A stretch of 32,000 bases of DNA from Mariprofundaceae bacterium (GTDB taxonomy: Bacteria; Pseudomonadota; Zetaproteobacteria; Mariprofundales; Mariprofundaceae). Where the stretch lies: contig JBNLEB010000021.1 in NCBI GenBank assembly GCA_050304695.1, positions 72,312-104,311 on the forward strand, in the 5' to 3' direction. The position numbers were made by a program, and so were the translations under genes. This document shows, in pieces, positions 7,809 through 19,711 of the stretch; position 1 is the first letter of the stretch, and every line of letters begins with the position of its first letter. The notes beneath the pieces were generated by a model. The model was not told where the DNA came from, searched no databases, and worked only from the letters and a program-made list of their open reading frames with translations.

Positions 7809-9205
7809 TACTTATCCTTCTTTGGCCGCTGCCAGTCACGAATATGACGTTGTTCCGGGCGTGCAGAGAGGGTCAGACCTCCCTCACTCACCCGCTTCGT
7901 AATAATGCTGCCTGCGCCGATAGTGGCATCACTGCCCACCTCGACCGGTGCGATCAGTTTGGTATCGGAACCGACAAAGACATCATCGCCGATGATGGTC
8001 TTATGCTTGTTGGCGCCGTCATAGTTGCAGGTGATGGTGCCGGCACCGATGTTGCAGTCGCTGCCCACCTCGGAGTCACCGATATAACTGAGGTGGTTCA
8101 CCTTACTTCCATGCCCTACCACGGCATTCTTGATCTCGACGAAGTTACCGATGTGCACCTCTTCATCGAGCCGCGCACCGGGACGCAACCGCGCAAACGG
8201 TCCGATTTTCGCATTGGAAGCGACACTCGCACTATGGATATGGCTGAAGGCGAAGACATTGACACGATCATCCAGCCACGCATCCACCAGCACAGCGTTG
8301 GGGCCGACCCGGCAGTCGTCTCCAATATGAGTGGAGCCGATCAGATAACATCCTGCCTGAATCACACTATCGACACCGATACTGACACCGGCCTCGATAC
8401 GCACGCTCTCCGGCTTCTCGATGGTGACGCCATTCATCTGCCAGTCGTGGATAATCCGTTTCTGCATCAGTGACTCGACCTCGGAGAGCTGCACTCGATT
8501 GTTCACACCCAGCATCTCATCCGGATCATCCATCACAACGGTCTCGACAGACTTTCCAGCAGCCAGCGCCAGCGGCACGATATCGGGCAGGTAGTACTCG
8601 CCCTGTGCATTGCGATTGCCGATCTTGTGCAGCAGGTCGAAGAGCACATCGTGCTTCACACAATAGATGCCACTGCTGACCTCGCGAATCTCTTTTTGAG
8701 CATCGTCCGCATCCTTCTCCTCAATGATCGCCGTAACCTTGCCCTCGCCATCGCGTACAATTCGGCCATAACCGTGCGAGTTCTCAGGTTCGGCGGTAAG
8801 AACCGTCACCGCTGTATCGAGCTTTCGATGCCGGTCGATCAGAAGTGCCAGAGTTTCCGTTCGCAGCAGAGGTGTATCGCCGCAGACAATCAGCACATCA
8901 CGCACATCGCGAATAACGGTCTCGCACTGCTGCACGGCATGCCCCGTTCCGAGCTGTCTGTCCTGAATCACCCACTCCAGATTTTGAGGCTGGCCGACAT
9001 GTTCCTGCACCTGTGCCGACTCATGCCCGGTCACCAGTGCGATGGCTTTGGGCCGCAACCCCTCAACCGTATGCAGCAGGTAGTCGATCATCGCCCGGCC
9101 AAGCACCGGATGCAGCACCTTCGGCCTGGATGAGCGCATACGTTTGCCCTGACCTGCAGCCAGTACACAAACCTGTAGATCGGGATAGTGAAATTCCTGA
9201 CTCAT
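7808..9205 (-). CDS. glmU: Bifunctional UDP-N-acetylglucosamine diphosphorylase / glucosamine-1-phosphate N-acetyltransferase
   Basis: LAAGQGKRM NTP-transferase motif, then C-terminal left-handed beta-helix hexapeptide repeats. I chose the ATG at 9205 (MSQEF...) with SD GGAGGAG, because the longer ORF start (9244) would run into the atpC terminator hairpin. The stop overlaps the glmS ATG by 1 nt. Confidence 0.95.
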   Translation of the reverse strand: MSQEFHYPDLQVCVLAAGQGKRMRSSRPKVLHPVLGRAMIDYLLHTVEGLRPKAIALVTGHESAQVQEHVGQPQNLEWVIQDRQLGTGHAVQQCETVIRDVRDVLIVCGDTPLLRTETLALLIDRHRKLDTAVTVLTAEPENSHGYGRIVRDGEGKVTAIIEEKDADDAQKEIREVSSGIYCVKHDVLFDLLHKIGNRNAQGEYYLPDIVPLALAAGKSVETVVMDDPDEMLGVNNRVQLSEVESLMQKRIIHDWQMNGVTIEKPESVRIEAGVSIGVDSVIQAGCYLIGSTHIGDDCRVGPNAVLVDAWLDDRVNVFAFSHIHSASVASNAKIGPFARLRPGARLDEEVHIGNFVEIKNAVVGHGSKVNHLSYIGDSEVGSDCNIGAGTITCNYDGANKHKTIIGDDVFVGSDTKLIAPVEVGSDATIGAGSIITKRVSEGGLTLSARPEQRHIRDWQRPKKDK

Positions 9206-9242
9206 CTCTCCTCCATAGATACCGGGACGATGCCTGATACGC

Positions 9243-9269
9243 AAAAAGGTCGCACAATGTGCGACCTTT
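9243..9269 (-). terminator. Rho-independent terminator after atpC
   Basis: Stem aaaggtcgcac / gtgcgaccttt (11 bp; the central pairs probably open to give a larger loop), followed on the minus strand by a run of 5 T. Confidence 0.6.
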
Positions 9270-9318
9270 GCAAAGATTTAAGCGCCGATTAAGTGGCCTC
9301 CGATGATTGAGTAGCCTC

Positions 9319-9737
9319 TTAGTGACCTTTCTTCTTCTTACGAAGCCATGCGAGCCGTGCAGTCATCATGGAGAGTTCCGCTTCAGCTACGGCGATATCA
9401 ACTTCGCCATGCTTACCTTCAACCACTTCCTGTGCCTTGCGCTCGGCAGCCAGTGCAGCCGCTTCATCGATATCGGTTGCACGCTCCGCCGAATCGGCCA
9501 GCACGGTGATCATATCCGGTTGCACTTCCATAAAGCCGCCGGAGACGAACACTTCATCGACCTCTTCAGGCCCTGTCGTGATACGCAGTTCACCCGCAGT
9601 CAGGGCGCAGAGCAGCGGCGTATGCTTCGGCAGGATACCGAGCTCACCGGCTACACCCGGAGCTACGACCATCTCGGCCTCGCCGCGATAGACTTCACGC
9701 TCAGCCGTGGCAACGAGTACTTGAACGGTAGAAGCCA

Positions 9738-9738
<1 letters not shown>
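9319..9738 (-). CDS. atpC: F1 ATP synthase epsilon subunit
   Basis: 139 aa. Sits immediately after atpD with a TAATG 1-nt overlap. Sequence is typical of epsilon (VVAPGVAGELGILPKHTPLL). Confidence 0.93.
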
Positions 9739-11156
<1,418 letters not shown>

Positions 11157-12008
11157 TTAACCTGCAGCTGCAGCACCGGCACAGATCTCTGCCAGCTCCT
11201 GCGTAATCGCTGCCTGGCGTGCCTTGTTGTAGGTAATGCTGAGATCCTTGACGATCTCCTTGGCATTATCCGTTGCAGCCTTCATCGCCACCATTCGGGC
11301 CGACTGCTCGCACGCCTTATTCTCTAACACACCATGGAAAACGATCGACTCCACGTAACGACGCAGCAGTCCATCCATCACCTCTTTACTATCGGGCTCA
11401 TACAGGTAATCCCAATAGCTCTCATGCTTCTTATCATCGGCAATCGGGCATGGAATCAGACGCATGCTCTTCGGTGACTGCGTCATGGTGTTAACGAATT
11501 CACTGTAAACAAGATGGACTTCATCGAGTTCACCGCTCATATATCTGTTCATCGCCAGATCGACCACACCGAGGATGTCGGCAATCTCAGGTGAATCGGG
11601 AACATTCTCGACAGAGCCTGCAATCGTCGCAAAACGTTTCAGGAACGCACCTGCACGACGACCGATGGTGAACACCTCGGTATCGACGCTCTGCTCTTTC
11701 AATACCGCAATCGCCTTCTTCAGCGCATTGGTATTCAGGCCGCCGCAGAGACCCTTATCGGTGGTGATCACGATGATACCCACCTTCTTCACCTCGCGTT
11801 CGGTAACGAACGGATGCTGGTACTCCGGATGCGCCTGCATCAGGTTGGATACCACCTGCTCCAGACCCTCGGCGTAGGCACGGGCGTCCACCACACGATC
11901 CTGGGCCTTGCGCATCTTCGATGCGGCAACCATCTCCATCGCCTTGGTAATCTTACCAGTGTTCTGGATCGCCTTGATCTGACCCCTAATTTCCTTTGCA
12001 GATGCCAC
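11157..12008 (-). CDS. atpG: F1 ATP synthase gamma subunit
   Basis: GTG start at 12008 preceded by AAGGAG gives (M)[35 protein letters not shown], matching the E. coli AtpG N-terminus [34 protein letters not shown]. The longer track ORF (to 12065) overlaps atpA. Confidence 0.93.
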   Translation of the reverse strand: [283 protein letters not shown]

Positions 12009-12033
12009 GTTACGACTCCTTGACCAGGTTGCC

Positions 12034-13575
12034 TTAGTAAGTTCCGGTCGCCTTGAAGTCGGCAATCGCCTTCTTCAGACCTTCGGTTACTTCATCAGTC
12101 AGCTCAGGCTTGGCATTCAGACCGTTCATCAGGCCGGCTTCGGCAGAAGCCAGGTGAGCCAGCAGGCCCTTCTCGAAATCGCGAACCTTCTTCACTTCGA
12201 TATCGTCGAGATCGCCGTTGTTCAGTGCGAAGAGAACGGTTGTCATCTCAGCTACGGACTGCGGAGAGTTCTCATCCTGCTTCAGAATCTCAACACCGCG
12301 CTTACCACGCTCGATCTGCTTGCGGGTCGCCTCATCCAGGTCGGATGCGAACTGTGCGAATGCCGCCAGCTCACGATACTGAGCCAGGTCGAGACGCAGG
12401 CCGCCACCGACCTTCTTCATCGCCTTGGTCTGTGCTGCACCGCCCACACGGGAAACTGACAAGCCAGCGTTGATGGCAGGGCGCTGACCGGCGTTGAACA
12501 GTGAGGTCTCGAGGAAGATCTGACCATCGGTAATAGAGATCACGTTGGTCGGTACGAATGCAGATACGTCGCCTTCCTGAGTCTCGATGATCGGCAGGGA
12601 GGTCAAAGAACCGGTCTGGCCCTTGATCTTGCCGCCGGTGAACTTCTCGACATAGGTCTCATCCACACGCGATGCACGCTCCAGCAGACGGGAGTGCAGG
12701 TAGAATACGTCACCAGGGTACGCTTCACGGCCCGGAGGACGACGCAGGATCAGGGAAACCTGACGGTAGGCCCATGCCTGCTTGGTCAGGTCATCATAAA
12801 CGATCAGCGCGTCTTCACCGCGGTCGCGGAAGTATTCGCCCATGGTGCAGCCGGTGTACGGTGCGATGTACTGCAGTGCCGCAGACTCGGATGCAGAGGC
12901 GGATACGATAATGGTGTTATCCAGTGCGCCGTGCTCTTTCAGGGTACGAACCACGTTGGCAACAGTCGATGCCTTCTGGCCGACAGCCACGTAGACGCAA
13001 GTCACGCCGGTATCTTTCTGGTTGATGATGGTATCGATCGCGATCGCGGTCTTACCGGTCTGGCGGTCACCAATGATCAGCTCACGCTGGCCGCGGCCAA
13101 CAGGAACCATGGAGTCGATCGCCTTGATACCGGTCTGCAGTGGCTGATCCACCGACTTACGCTCGATCACACCGGGTGCGATCTTCTCGACCGGACTGTT
13201 CAGCTCAGCATCGATCGGGCCCTTGCCATCAATCGGCTGACCCAGAGCGTTGACCACGCGACCCTTCAGGCCGGGACCGGTCGGAACCTCGAAAATACGA
13301 CCTGTGCACTTGACCTGATCGCCTTCGCGCAGGTGGGTGAACTCACCGAAGATCACCGCACCGACCGAACCCTCTTCCAGGTTCAGTACCATGCCGAATG
13401 TATCGCCAGGGAACTCCAGCATCTCGCCAGCCATTGCAGCGGAGAGACCGTGGATCAGGGCAACACCGTCACCTACGGAGATCAGACGACCGACATTCGC
13501 GTCGGTAGCACCTGCTTCAAAGCCCTTGATCTGCTCCTTAATGATGGAACTGATTTCAGCGGTATCGAGTTTCAT
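12034..13575 (-). CDS. atpA: F1 ATP synthase alpha subunit
   Basis: 513 aa. Walker A GDRQTGKT; typical alpha-subunit sequence throughout. Confidence 0.98.
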   Translation of the reverse strand: MKLDTAEISSIIKEQIKGFEAGATDANVGRLISVGDGVALIHGLSAAMAGEMLEFPGDTFGMVLNLEEGSVGAVIFGEFTHLREGDQVKCTGRIFEVPTGPGLKGRVVNALGQPIDGKGPIDAELNSPVEKIAPGVIERKSVDQPLQTGIKAIDSMVPVGRGQRELIIGDRQTGKTAIAIDTIINQKDTGVTCVYVAVGQKASTVANVVRTLKEHGALDNTIIVSASASESAALQYIAPYTGCTMGEYFRDRGEDALIVYDDLTKQAWAYRQVSLILRRPPGREAYPGDVFYLHSRLLERASRVDETYVEKFTGGKIKGQTGSLTSLPIIETQEGDVSAFVPTNVISITDGQIFLETSLFNAGQRPAINAGLSVSRVGGAAQTKAMKKVGGGLRLDLAQYRELAAFAQFASDLDEATRKQIERGKRGVEILKQDENSPQSVAEMTTVLFALNNGDLDDIEVKKVRDFEKGLLAHLASAEAGLMNGLNAKPELTDEVTEGLKKAIADFKATGTY

Positions 13576-13629
13576 ATCTTTTAACCTCTAATGACCAATC
13601 AATAATCTTTAATAACTTATGCAGCCGGT

Positions 13630-14154
13630 TTATGCAGCCACTGCCTTACGCAGGCCTTCCAGCCTGCCGCGCAGTGAACCGTCGATCTGGCGGTCGCCGA
13701 TATTGACAACCATGCCACCCAGAATCTGCTTATCTTCAACAATCTCCAGCTGCACCTTCTTCTTTCCGGCCAGTCCGGAGACAGCAGCTTCGATCTTCTT
13801 TTTGGTTGCCGCATCCGGCTTGGCTGCCACCACCACAGTAGCGACAACGCTGGCTTCGGACTCGCGAACCATCTCAGCAAAAATGTCGTTAATCTCAGGA
13901 ATCAGTGAAGCCTTACCACGTTCGCAAAGCATGGTGACAAGACGATCGAGCTCCTTCGATGAGGTGCCGGCGATCTTCCTGAGTACCTCTACCTTCTGCT
14001 CAGCAGAGATATTCGGCAGCTCCAGAAACGCCTGCACATCCTTGACCGAGGCAGCCTCAGCCAGAGCGGCAAGACCGGTAGCCACATCGACGCCCTCTCC
14101 AGAGAGTTCAAACAGAGCCCTGGCGTAACGGCGTGAAACAGCAAGCGAACTCAT
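13630..14154 (-). CDS. atpH: F1 ATP synthase delta subunit
   Basis: 174 aa. N-terminal ...RRYARALFEL resembles the delta/OSCP N-terminus. Position is between atpF and atpA. Confidence 0.9.
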   Translation of the reverse strand: MSSLAVSRRYARALFELSGEGVDVATGLAALAEAASVKDVQAFLELPNISAEQKVEVLRKIAGTSSKELDRLVTMLCERGKASLIPEINDIFAEMVRESEASVVATVVVAAKPDAATKKKIEAAVSGLAGKKKVQLEIVEDKQILGGMVVNIGDRQIDGSLRGRLEGLRKAVAA

Positions 14155-14633
14155 GCGCGACCGAACCCTTCGCTGACGACATTGTCGATCAGCTTGGCGT
14201 GACGTTTGGCATCGAGCTCTTCGTCGATGACACGCTCTGCAGCCAGCATGGCGATTGCCGCCACCTCTTTCTGCAGCGCCTGACGGGCACGATTCGCTTC
14301 AGCTTCCACTTCACCGCGAGCCGACTCAACAATCTGCTGAGCATCCGTACGGGCTTTGGTTACAGCCTCTTCACTCAGTTCGGCAGCACGCTTTTCAGCC
14401 GCTGACACGATCTCCTGAGCTTTTGAGCGAGCCTCTTTCAACTGAGCATCAATCTCAGCTTCAGCCTTGGCTTTCGCTTCCTTGCCGGCATCCGCCGCTG
14501 CAAGACCCTCAGCGATCTTCTTGGTACGTGCCTCCATGGCATCGTTCAGAGGACCGTAGAGATTCTTCCACAGCAGAATCACCATGGTCATGAAGACCAC
14601 AATCTGGCCGATAAATGTTAGGTCGAGACTCAT
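14151..14633 (-). CDS. atpF: Fo ATP synthase subunit b
   Basis: 160 aa. One N-terminal TM helix followed by a long charged helix. ATGA overlap with atpH. Confidence 0.9.
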   Translation of the reverse strand: MSLDLTFIGQIVVFMTMVILLWKNLYGPLNDAMEARTKKIAEGLAAADAGKEAKAKAEAEIDAQLKEARSKAQEIVSAAEKRAAELSEEAVTKARTDAQQIVESARGEVEAEANRARQALQKEVAAIAMLAAERVIDEELDAKRHAKLIDNVVSEGFGRA

Positions 14634-14673
14634 GCGTTCACCTTCCTGTTACTTTGTTAATGCGTTCCGTTGC

Positions 14674-14928
14674 TTATCCGAGGAATGGGTTGGCGAACAG
14701 GAACCACAGTGCGAATGCCATGATGATGAACGGGAAGGACTCCATCAGACCTGCGAAAATGAACATGTTGAACATCAGCTGCGGGCGCATTTCAGGCTGA
14801 CGCGCGATACCCTCCAGGGTCTTCGAGCAGATCAGGCCCCAACCGATAGCTGAACCCAGGCCGGCAGCGGCCAGAATCACACCTACGGAAATTGCTGAAG
14901 CAGCGGTGATAATCGTTGTTGCATCCAT
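14674..14928 (-). CDS. atpE: Fo ATP synthase subunit c
   Basis: 84 aa. Two TM helices with loop ARQPE and a carboxylate in helix 2 (GLMESFPF). Confidence 0.93.
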   Translation of the reverse strand: MDATTIITAASAISVGVILAAAGLGSAIGWGLICSKTLEGIARQPEMRPQLMFNMFIFAGLMESFPFIIMAFALWFLFANPFLG

Positions 14929-14964
14929 TGTTTTTACTCCTATGCAGTACTTAAAAAATAAAAC

Positions 14965-15807
14965 TTAGTGTTCAGCCGGCTGGTGTGCAATCGAGAGGTA
15001 CACCACCGTCAGAATCATGAAAATAAACGCTTGCAGCAGGCCGATGAAGAGATGGAAGAAAGACCATCCCAGACCGACGAAAAAGCCAGCTGTCATAGCC
15101 ACCCATCCGCCGCCGAGCAGTAGCGATGCGATCAGCAGGAAGATTACCTCGCCTGCAAACATGTTACCGAAAAGTCGGAAGGAGAGAGAGAGCGGCTTGG
15201 CGATCTCCTCCACCAGCTTCAGAATCAGGTTGATCGGAATCAGTGCGACACCGAGCAGCTTCACAATCGGGTTCTTCGAATCCAGCAGCAGCGCTGCGAA
15301 CGGCTGCAGCAGCAGCTCCTTGCAGAAGTGAACCGGCTTAAGTTTAAACTCGTAGTAGAGCACCATCAGGAAGACGGAGACCGCCATCGCCGCCGGCAGG
15401 TTCAGATCGTTGGTCGGAACCGGGCGGAAGTGGTGCACACCGAACATGTTGGCAATATGGCCCATCATATAGGCCGGCATGATGTCCAGCGAATTGCAGA
15501 GAAAGATAAAGACGAAGATAGTGAAAGCGAGCGGTGCCACCATTGGGTTGTGAACCGGGAAGTTGTCTTTCACCGTCTGATCGACGAAGCCGACGATGGT
15601 CTCCATGAAGTTCTGCGCACCGGTCGGCGCACCCTCGGTAATTTTACCCTTCAGCCACATACCGAAGCCAACCATCAATGCTGCGATGGTGACTGTAAGA
15701 ATCATCGTGTCGATGTGAATCTGCATAAACGGATTGCTTTCGTCGATCTTGTACGTCCAGTACTGAAGATGACTCGCAATTCCGTCGCCGCCGCTATGCT
15801 CAGCCAA
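14965..15807 (-). CDS. atpB: Fo ATP synthase subunit a
   Basis: 280 aa polytopic membrane protein containing LSFRLFGNMFAGE, which carries the essential Arg motif. Confidence 0.93.
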   Translation of the reverse strand: MAEHSGGDGIASHLQYWTYKIDESNPFMQIHIDTMILTVTIAALMVGFGMWLKGKITEGAPTGAQNFMETIVGFVDQTVKDNFPVHNPMVAPLAFTIFVFIFLCNSLDIMPAYMMGHIANMFGVHHFRPVPTNDLNLPAAMAVSVFLMVLYYEFKLKPVHFCKELLLQPFAALLLDSKNPIVKLLGVALIPINLILKLVEEIAKPLSLSFRLFGNMFAGEVIFLLIASLLLGGGWVAMTAGFFVGLGWSFFHLFIGLLQAFIFMILTVVYLSIAHQPAEH

Positions 15808-15840
15808 AGCTTTCCGCCCCTAGTTTAATCTTATAATAAA

Positions 15841-16248
15841 TCAATCGCTTGCATCTGTGGCCTGTGAAACATGTTTCACAATATAGATATAACCACCGAC
15901 ATAAGCTGTAAACATTCCCGCAGCAACCGCGAGAAGATGGAGCCCTATAAAATATGCACCTATCAGTGCAAACACCAGCAGAAGAAAACGAACCGCCGCC
16001 GAGCGATATAACACTCCCCGGCCATCTGCTCCCTCCACCCGGGAAGAGCTCATAACGCTTCTGGCAAGAAGAACGCTGTTCAGCCCGACCAGAATGCCGC
16101 CCGACAGCAGAGAGACAGCAACTATCCCGCCCTGCCAGAACCACGCAAAAAACGATACAACCAATGCTGTTAAAAACTGAATCCGGAAGAGCCCGGAAAA
16201 CTGTTTCTGCCAAGCAGTCGAAGGCTGCTTTTGTTGACGATCAGACAA
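15841..16248 (-). CDS. atpI: ATP synthase protein I (AtpI)-like small membrane protein
   Basis: 135 aa, about 4 hydrophobic helices, first gene of the atp operon. Called by position and topology only. Confidence 0.6.
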   Translation of the reverse strand: MSDRQQKQPSTAWQKQFSGLFRIQFLTALVVSFFAWFWQGGIVAVSLLSGGILVGLNSVLLARSVMSSSRVEGADGRGVLYRSAAVRFLLLVFALIGAYFIGLHLLAVAAGMFTAYVGGYIYIVKHVSQATDASD

Positions 16249-16304
16249 GCCTCAGGCCTCCCATTTTCAACAATAAAAACCACCCTCTTTTTTTGCGAGG
16301 CCGA

Positions 16305-16333
16305 TTTCTACCAACATCATCTTCCGAATGCAA
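16305..16333 (-). promoter_or_regulatory. Candidate sigma70 promoter for the atp operon (TTGCAT-N17-TAGAAA on the minus strand)
   Basis: The minus strand reads gcTTGCATtcggaagatgatgttggTAGAAAtcgg. The -35 is at 16333-16328 and the -10 at 16310-16305, about 57 nt upstream of the atpI ATG. Confidence 0.3.
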
Positions 16334-16380
16334 GCATCGAAAATCCATACGCCGGAAACAGGTCGGAAAGGGGTAATAAA

Positions 16381-16668
16381 TCACTCGTATACCGAGATCA
16401 GCCCCTCCAGATAGATATCCGCCCGGCTCTTGCCACCGGGCAGTTGAACATCCGGATCTTCTCCCAGTGCCTCGACCGACGCCCTGGCATAAGCGGAACG
16501 TTCATCCTGACTCATCAGCCGCCAGTCGCTCGCATCCACGATGCCGTCTTCTGTCTTATCGAAACGGGCATCGACGGAGATATTGTCGCCCGCACTCGAT
16601 GCCAGCGGCATCACAAACAGAGCAGCCAGCAACAGAGCGGAGGGCAGGTGCGCGCAGAGAGAACGCAA
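16381..16668 (-). CDS. Small secreted protein with an EF-hand-like Ca-binding loop
   Basis: 95 codons. TTG start 1 nt after the ahcY stop, with no clear SD. Signal-peptide-like RSLCAHLPSALLLAALFVMPLASSA|GD. DKTEDGIVDASD fits the 12-residue EF-hand loop (D1, T3, D5, G6, V8, D12). Confidence 0.45.
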   Translation of the reverse strand: MRSLCAHLPSALLLAALFVMPLASSAGDNISVDARFDKTEDGIVDASDWRLMSQDERSAYARASVEALGEDPDVQLPGGKSRADIYLEGLISVYE

Positions 16669-16669
16669 C

Positions 16670-18076
16670 TTAATAACGGTAGTGGTCAGGCTTATACGGC
16701 CCCTCGACAGGGACCCCGATATAATCCGCCTGCTCCTGCGACAGCTCGGTCAGGTTAATGCCGATCTTGGCCATATGCAGGCGTGCCACCTCTTCATCGA
16801 GCTTCTTCGGCAGGGTGTAGACCTCGTTCTTATACTGGCCGGTCTGCGTGAACAGCTCGATCTGCGCCAGTGTCTGGTTGGTGAAGGAGTTGGACATCAC
16901 GAAGCTCGGATGGCCGGTCGCACAACCGAGATTCACCAGACGTCCTTCGGCCAGCAGTGTGATTCGCTTACCGTCCGGGAAGATGATCTGATCCACCTGC
17001 GGCTTCACATTCTCCCACTCGTATTTCTTCAGAGAGGCAACATCGATCTCGTTGTCGAAGTGGCCGATATTGCAGACGATCGACTGATCCTTCATGGCCG
17101 CCATGTGGTCGTGGGTAATCACATGGTAGTTGCCGGTGGTGGTGACGAAGATATCGCCCAGTGCCGCCGCATCGTCCATATTGACCACGCGGTAACCCTC
17201 CATCGCCGCCTGCAGTGCGCAGATCGGATCGATCTCGGTCACCCATACGGTGGCACCCATACCACGGAACGCCTGCGCACAACCCTTACCCACATCGCCG
17301 TAACCGAGCACGACACAGATCTTACCCGCGATCATCACGTCGGTGGCACGTTTGATACCGTCGAGCAGCGATTCACGGCAGCCGTAGAGGTTATCGAACT
17401 TGGATTTGGTGACCGAGTCGTTGACGTTGATGGCAGGGAACGGCAGATCGCCCTTCTCCTGCATCTGGTAGAGACGGTGCACGCCGGTCGTGGTCTCTTC
17501 AGTCACACCCTTGATCGCCGCTTTGCGCTCGGAGTACCAGGTCGGATTCGTGGCCAGCTTCGCCTTGATGGCGTTGAACAGGGCGACCTCCTCTTCACTA
17601 CCCGGATTGTCGAGCACGGAGATATCCTTCTCCGCCTTGGAACCCAGAATCACCAGCAGGGTGGCATCGCCACCGTCGTCGAGGATCATGTTCGGCGTGC
17701 CGCCGTCATGCCACTCCATGATGCGGTGGGTGTACTCCCAGTAGTCCTCCAGCGTCTCGCCCTTGTAAGCGAAGACCGGCACGCCCTCGGCAGCGATGGC
17801 CGCGGCGGCATGGTCCTGGGTGGAATAGATGTTGCACGAAGCCCAGCGAACCTCGGCACCGAGCGCTGTCAGCGTCTCGATCAGCACGCCGGTCTGGATA
17901 GTCATGTGCAGGGAGCCTGCAATGCGGGCGCCCTTCAAAGGCTGCTCTTTCGCATACTTCTCACGTGTCGCCATCAGGCCCGGCATTTCGGTCTCGGCGA
18001 TGGTCAGCTCTTTGCGACCCCAGGAGACAGTCTCCGGGGACATATCGGCCACTTTATAATCATTGAAATCAGACAT
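16670..18076 (-). CDS. ahcY: Adenosylhomocysteinase
   Basis: DYKVADM...[17 protein letters not shown], the NAD-binding GYGDVGKG, and a C-terminal ...KPDHYRY. I prefer the ATG at 18076 (AGGAG 7 nt upstream) to the ATG at 18082, which has only 1 nt of spacing. Confidence 0.96.
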   Translation of the reverse strand: MSDFNDYKVADMSPETVSWGRKELTIAETEMPGLMATREKYAKEQPLKGARIAGSLHMTIQTGVLIETLTALGAEVRWASCNIYSTQDHAAAAIAAEGVPVFAYKGETLEDYWEYTHRIMEWHDGGTPNMILDDGGDATLLVILGSKAEKDISVLDNPGSEEEVALFNAIKAKLATNPTWYSERKAAIKGVTEETTTGVHRLYQMQEKGDLPFPAINVNDSVTKSKFDNLYGCRESLLDGIKRATDVMIAGKICVVLGYGDVGKGCAQAFRGMGATVWVTEIDPICALQAAMEGYRVVNMDDAAALGDIFVTTTGNYHVITHDHMAAMKDQSIVCNIGHFDNEIDVASLKKYEWENVKPQVDQIIFPDGKRITLLAEGRLVNLGCATGHPSFVMSNSFTNQTLAQIELFTQTGQYKNEVYTLPKKLDEEVARLHMAKIGINLTELSQEQADYIGVPVEGPYKPDHYRY

Positions 18077-18115
18077 TCTCATACTCCTGTCGTTTGCCTA
18101 AACAGACATAAAAAT

Positions 18116-18193
18116 ATGAGCACCGTTGGATATGTTATTATCGTCGACTGAGCCTGGTTCCGTTTTAATTTAGAACTGCAGTGCTCCTCAGTC
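18116..18193 (-). promoter_or_regulatory. SAH riboswitch (S-adenosylhomocysteine-sensing leader of ahcY)
   Basis: The minus-strand RNA is GACUGAGGAGCACUGCAGUUCUAAAUUAAAACGGAACCAGGCUCAGUCGACGAUAAUAACAUAUCCAACGGUGCUCAU. It matches the remembered consensus blocks GAGGAGCGCUGC / CAGGCUC / AACGGCGCUCA. P1 is CUGAG/CUCAG, P2 is CUG..GUUC/GAAC.CAG, and the pseudoknot is GAGCAC/GUGCUC, with a compensatory G>A / C>U change relative to the consensus. It lies 40 nt upstream of the ahcY ATG. Confidence 0.78.
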
Positions 18194-18243
18194 TGGAAAT
18201 TTATTAGATGTTGAATAAGGCCATCCTGACCTTTTCAACTTAC

Positions 18244-18314
18244 GAAAAACAAAAGCGCGGTTTTGTTTTTCTCACAAAATCAGCGCTGCCGATTTTACTC
18301 GCCCATCCATGGGC
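18244..18314 (+). repeat. Intergenic stem-loop repeat unit, copy A
   Basis: gaaaaacaaaa-gcgcgg-ttttgtttttc (11-bp stem), then CTCACAAA, then gccc-ATCCAT-gggc (18301-18314). It aligns with copies B, C and D (see findings). Confidence 0.55.
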
Positions 18315-18448
18315 TCGATCGCTCACACCGGCGGAGGTTGGATTTTGATTTGAGGCAAGGCGTGAAGCGCGCAGAACCGGAGCATATCGGAGATATGTGA
18401 GGATTCGGGCACTACAACAACACAGCATCAGATCAAAAGGCGACCTCC

Positions 18449-19618
18449 CTATACGCCAGCGGCGGCTTTGAGGGCTGCAGCCTTGTCGGTGCGCTCCCAT
18501 GTGAATTCCGGCAACTCACGACCGAAATGCCCGTACGCAGCAGTTTTGCTGTAGATCGGACGCAGCAGATCGAGCTCCTGCACGATCCCTTTCGGACGCA
18601 GATCGAACACTTCACGAACGGCCTCAGCAAGCTTGCCCTCGTCGACCTTGCCGGTGCCGAAGGTATTGATCATCACACTGAGCGGGTGTGCCACACCGAT
18701 GGCGTAAGCCACCTGCACTTCACAGCGATCAGCCAGGCCGGCCGCCACGATATTCTTGGCGACATAACGCATCATATAGCAGGCGGAGCGATCCACCTTC
18801 GTCGGATCTTTACCGGAGAAAGCGCCGCCACCGTGATGACCGAAACCGCCATAGGTATCGACAATGATCTTACGTCCTGTAACACCGCAGTCGCCCACAG
18901 GGCCGCCGATCACGAATCGACCGGTCGGATTGATGTGATATTCGGTGTCTGCATGCAGCAGGCCGGTGCCGCCCAGCACCGGATTGATCACTTCATCCAT
19001 GATCGCTTCGGAGAGCTCTTTATGCTCAATGTCGGGATTGTGCTGGGTGGAGAGTACTACCGCATCGATCGCCACCGGCTTGCTATTCTCATAACGCACC
19101 GTCACCTGTGACTTCGCATCCGGACGCAGGAAGGCAAGCTTGCCGCTCTTGCGCACTTCAGACTGTTTAGCGACCAGTTGATGAGAGAGATGAATCGGCG
19201 TCGGCATCAGCACGTCGGTCTCATTCGAGGCATAGCCGAACATCAACCCCTGGTCGCCTGCGCCCTGATCGAGATCAATACCTTCACCCTCATTCACACC
19301 GGCAGCAATATCCACCGACTGCTTATCGAGCGAGACCAGCACCGCACAGCTCTCCCAGTCGAAACCCATGCTTGAAGAGTTGTAGCCGATCTCCCTGATC
19401 GCACCGCGTACGATATCCTGATAATCGACAACAGCCGAAGTGGTGATCTCACCGGCGATCAGCGCCATGCCTGTAGTCACCATCGTTTCGCAGGCAACGC
19501 GGGCATACCTGTCCTGCTCCAGAATCGCGTCGAGCACGCCATCGGAGATGCGGTCGGCCACCTTATCGGGATGCCCCTCGGAAACTGACTCACTGGTAAA
19601 CACAAAATCACGACTCAT
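18449..19618 (-). CDS. metK: S-adenosylmethionine synthetase
   Basis: 389 aa. [36 protein letters not shown] and the rest of the sequence are classical MetK. Confidence 0.97.
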   Translation of the reverse strand: MSRDFVFTSESVSEGHPDKVADRISDGVLDAILEQDRYARVACETMVTTGMALIAGEITTSAVVDYQDIVRGAIREIGYNSSSMGFDWESCAVLVSLDKQSVDIAAGVNEGEGIDLDQGAGDQGLMFGYASNETDVLMPTPIHLSHQLVAKQSEVRKSGKLAFLRPDAKSQVTVRYENSKPVAIDAVVLSTQHNPDIEHKELSEAIMDEVINPVLGGTGLLHADTEYHINPTGRFVIGGPVGDCGVTGRKIIVDTYGGFGHHGGGAFSGKDPTKVDRSACYMMRYVAKNIVAAGLADRCEVQVAYAIGVAHPLSVMINTFGTGKVDEGKLAEAVREVFDLRPKGIVQELDLLRPIYSKTAAYGHFGRELPEFTWERTDKAAALKAAAGV

Positions 19619-19711
19619 ATATCATATCCCCTTTATCCGGATCAGGACGAAAAACCTGCGGCAGACTAATCCCTGAAGCAGTTAAATCAAATTCACGGCA
19701 AAAACCCTGTC

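Noticed and set aside
16541-18151. 536-aa plus-strand ORF
   Set aside because: It is antisense to ahcY (classical AhcY sequence on the minus strand) and also runs through the SAH riboswitch. It is a shadow ORF.
18240-18500. 86-aa minus-strand ORF, and the 65-aa ORF at 18433..18630
   Set aside because: They overlap the metK 3' end and repeat copy A, with no SD or motif. They are most likely non-coding.
19619-19711. SAM riboswitch in the metK leader
   Set aside because: The 93-nt leader shows none of the SAM-I, SAM-II or SAM-V conserved blocks I can recall. No call is made.
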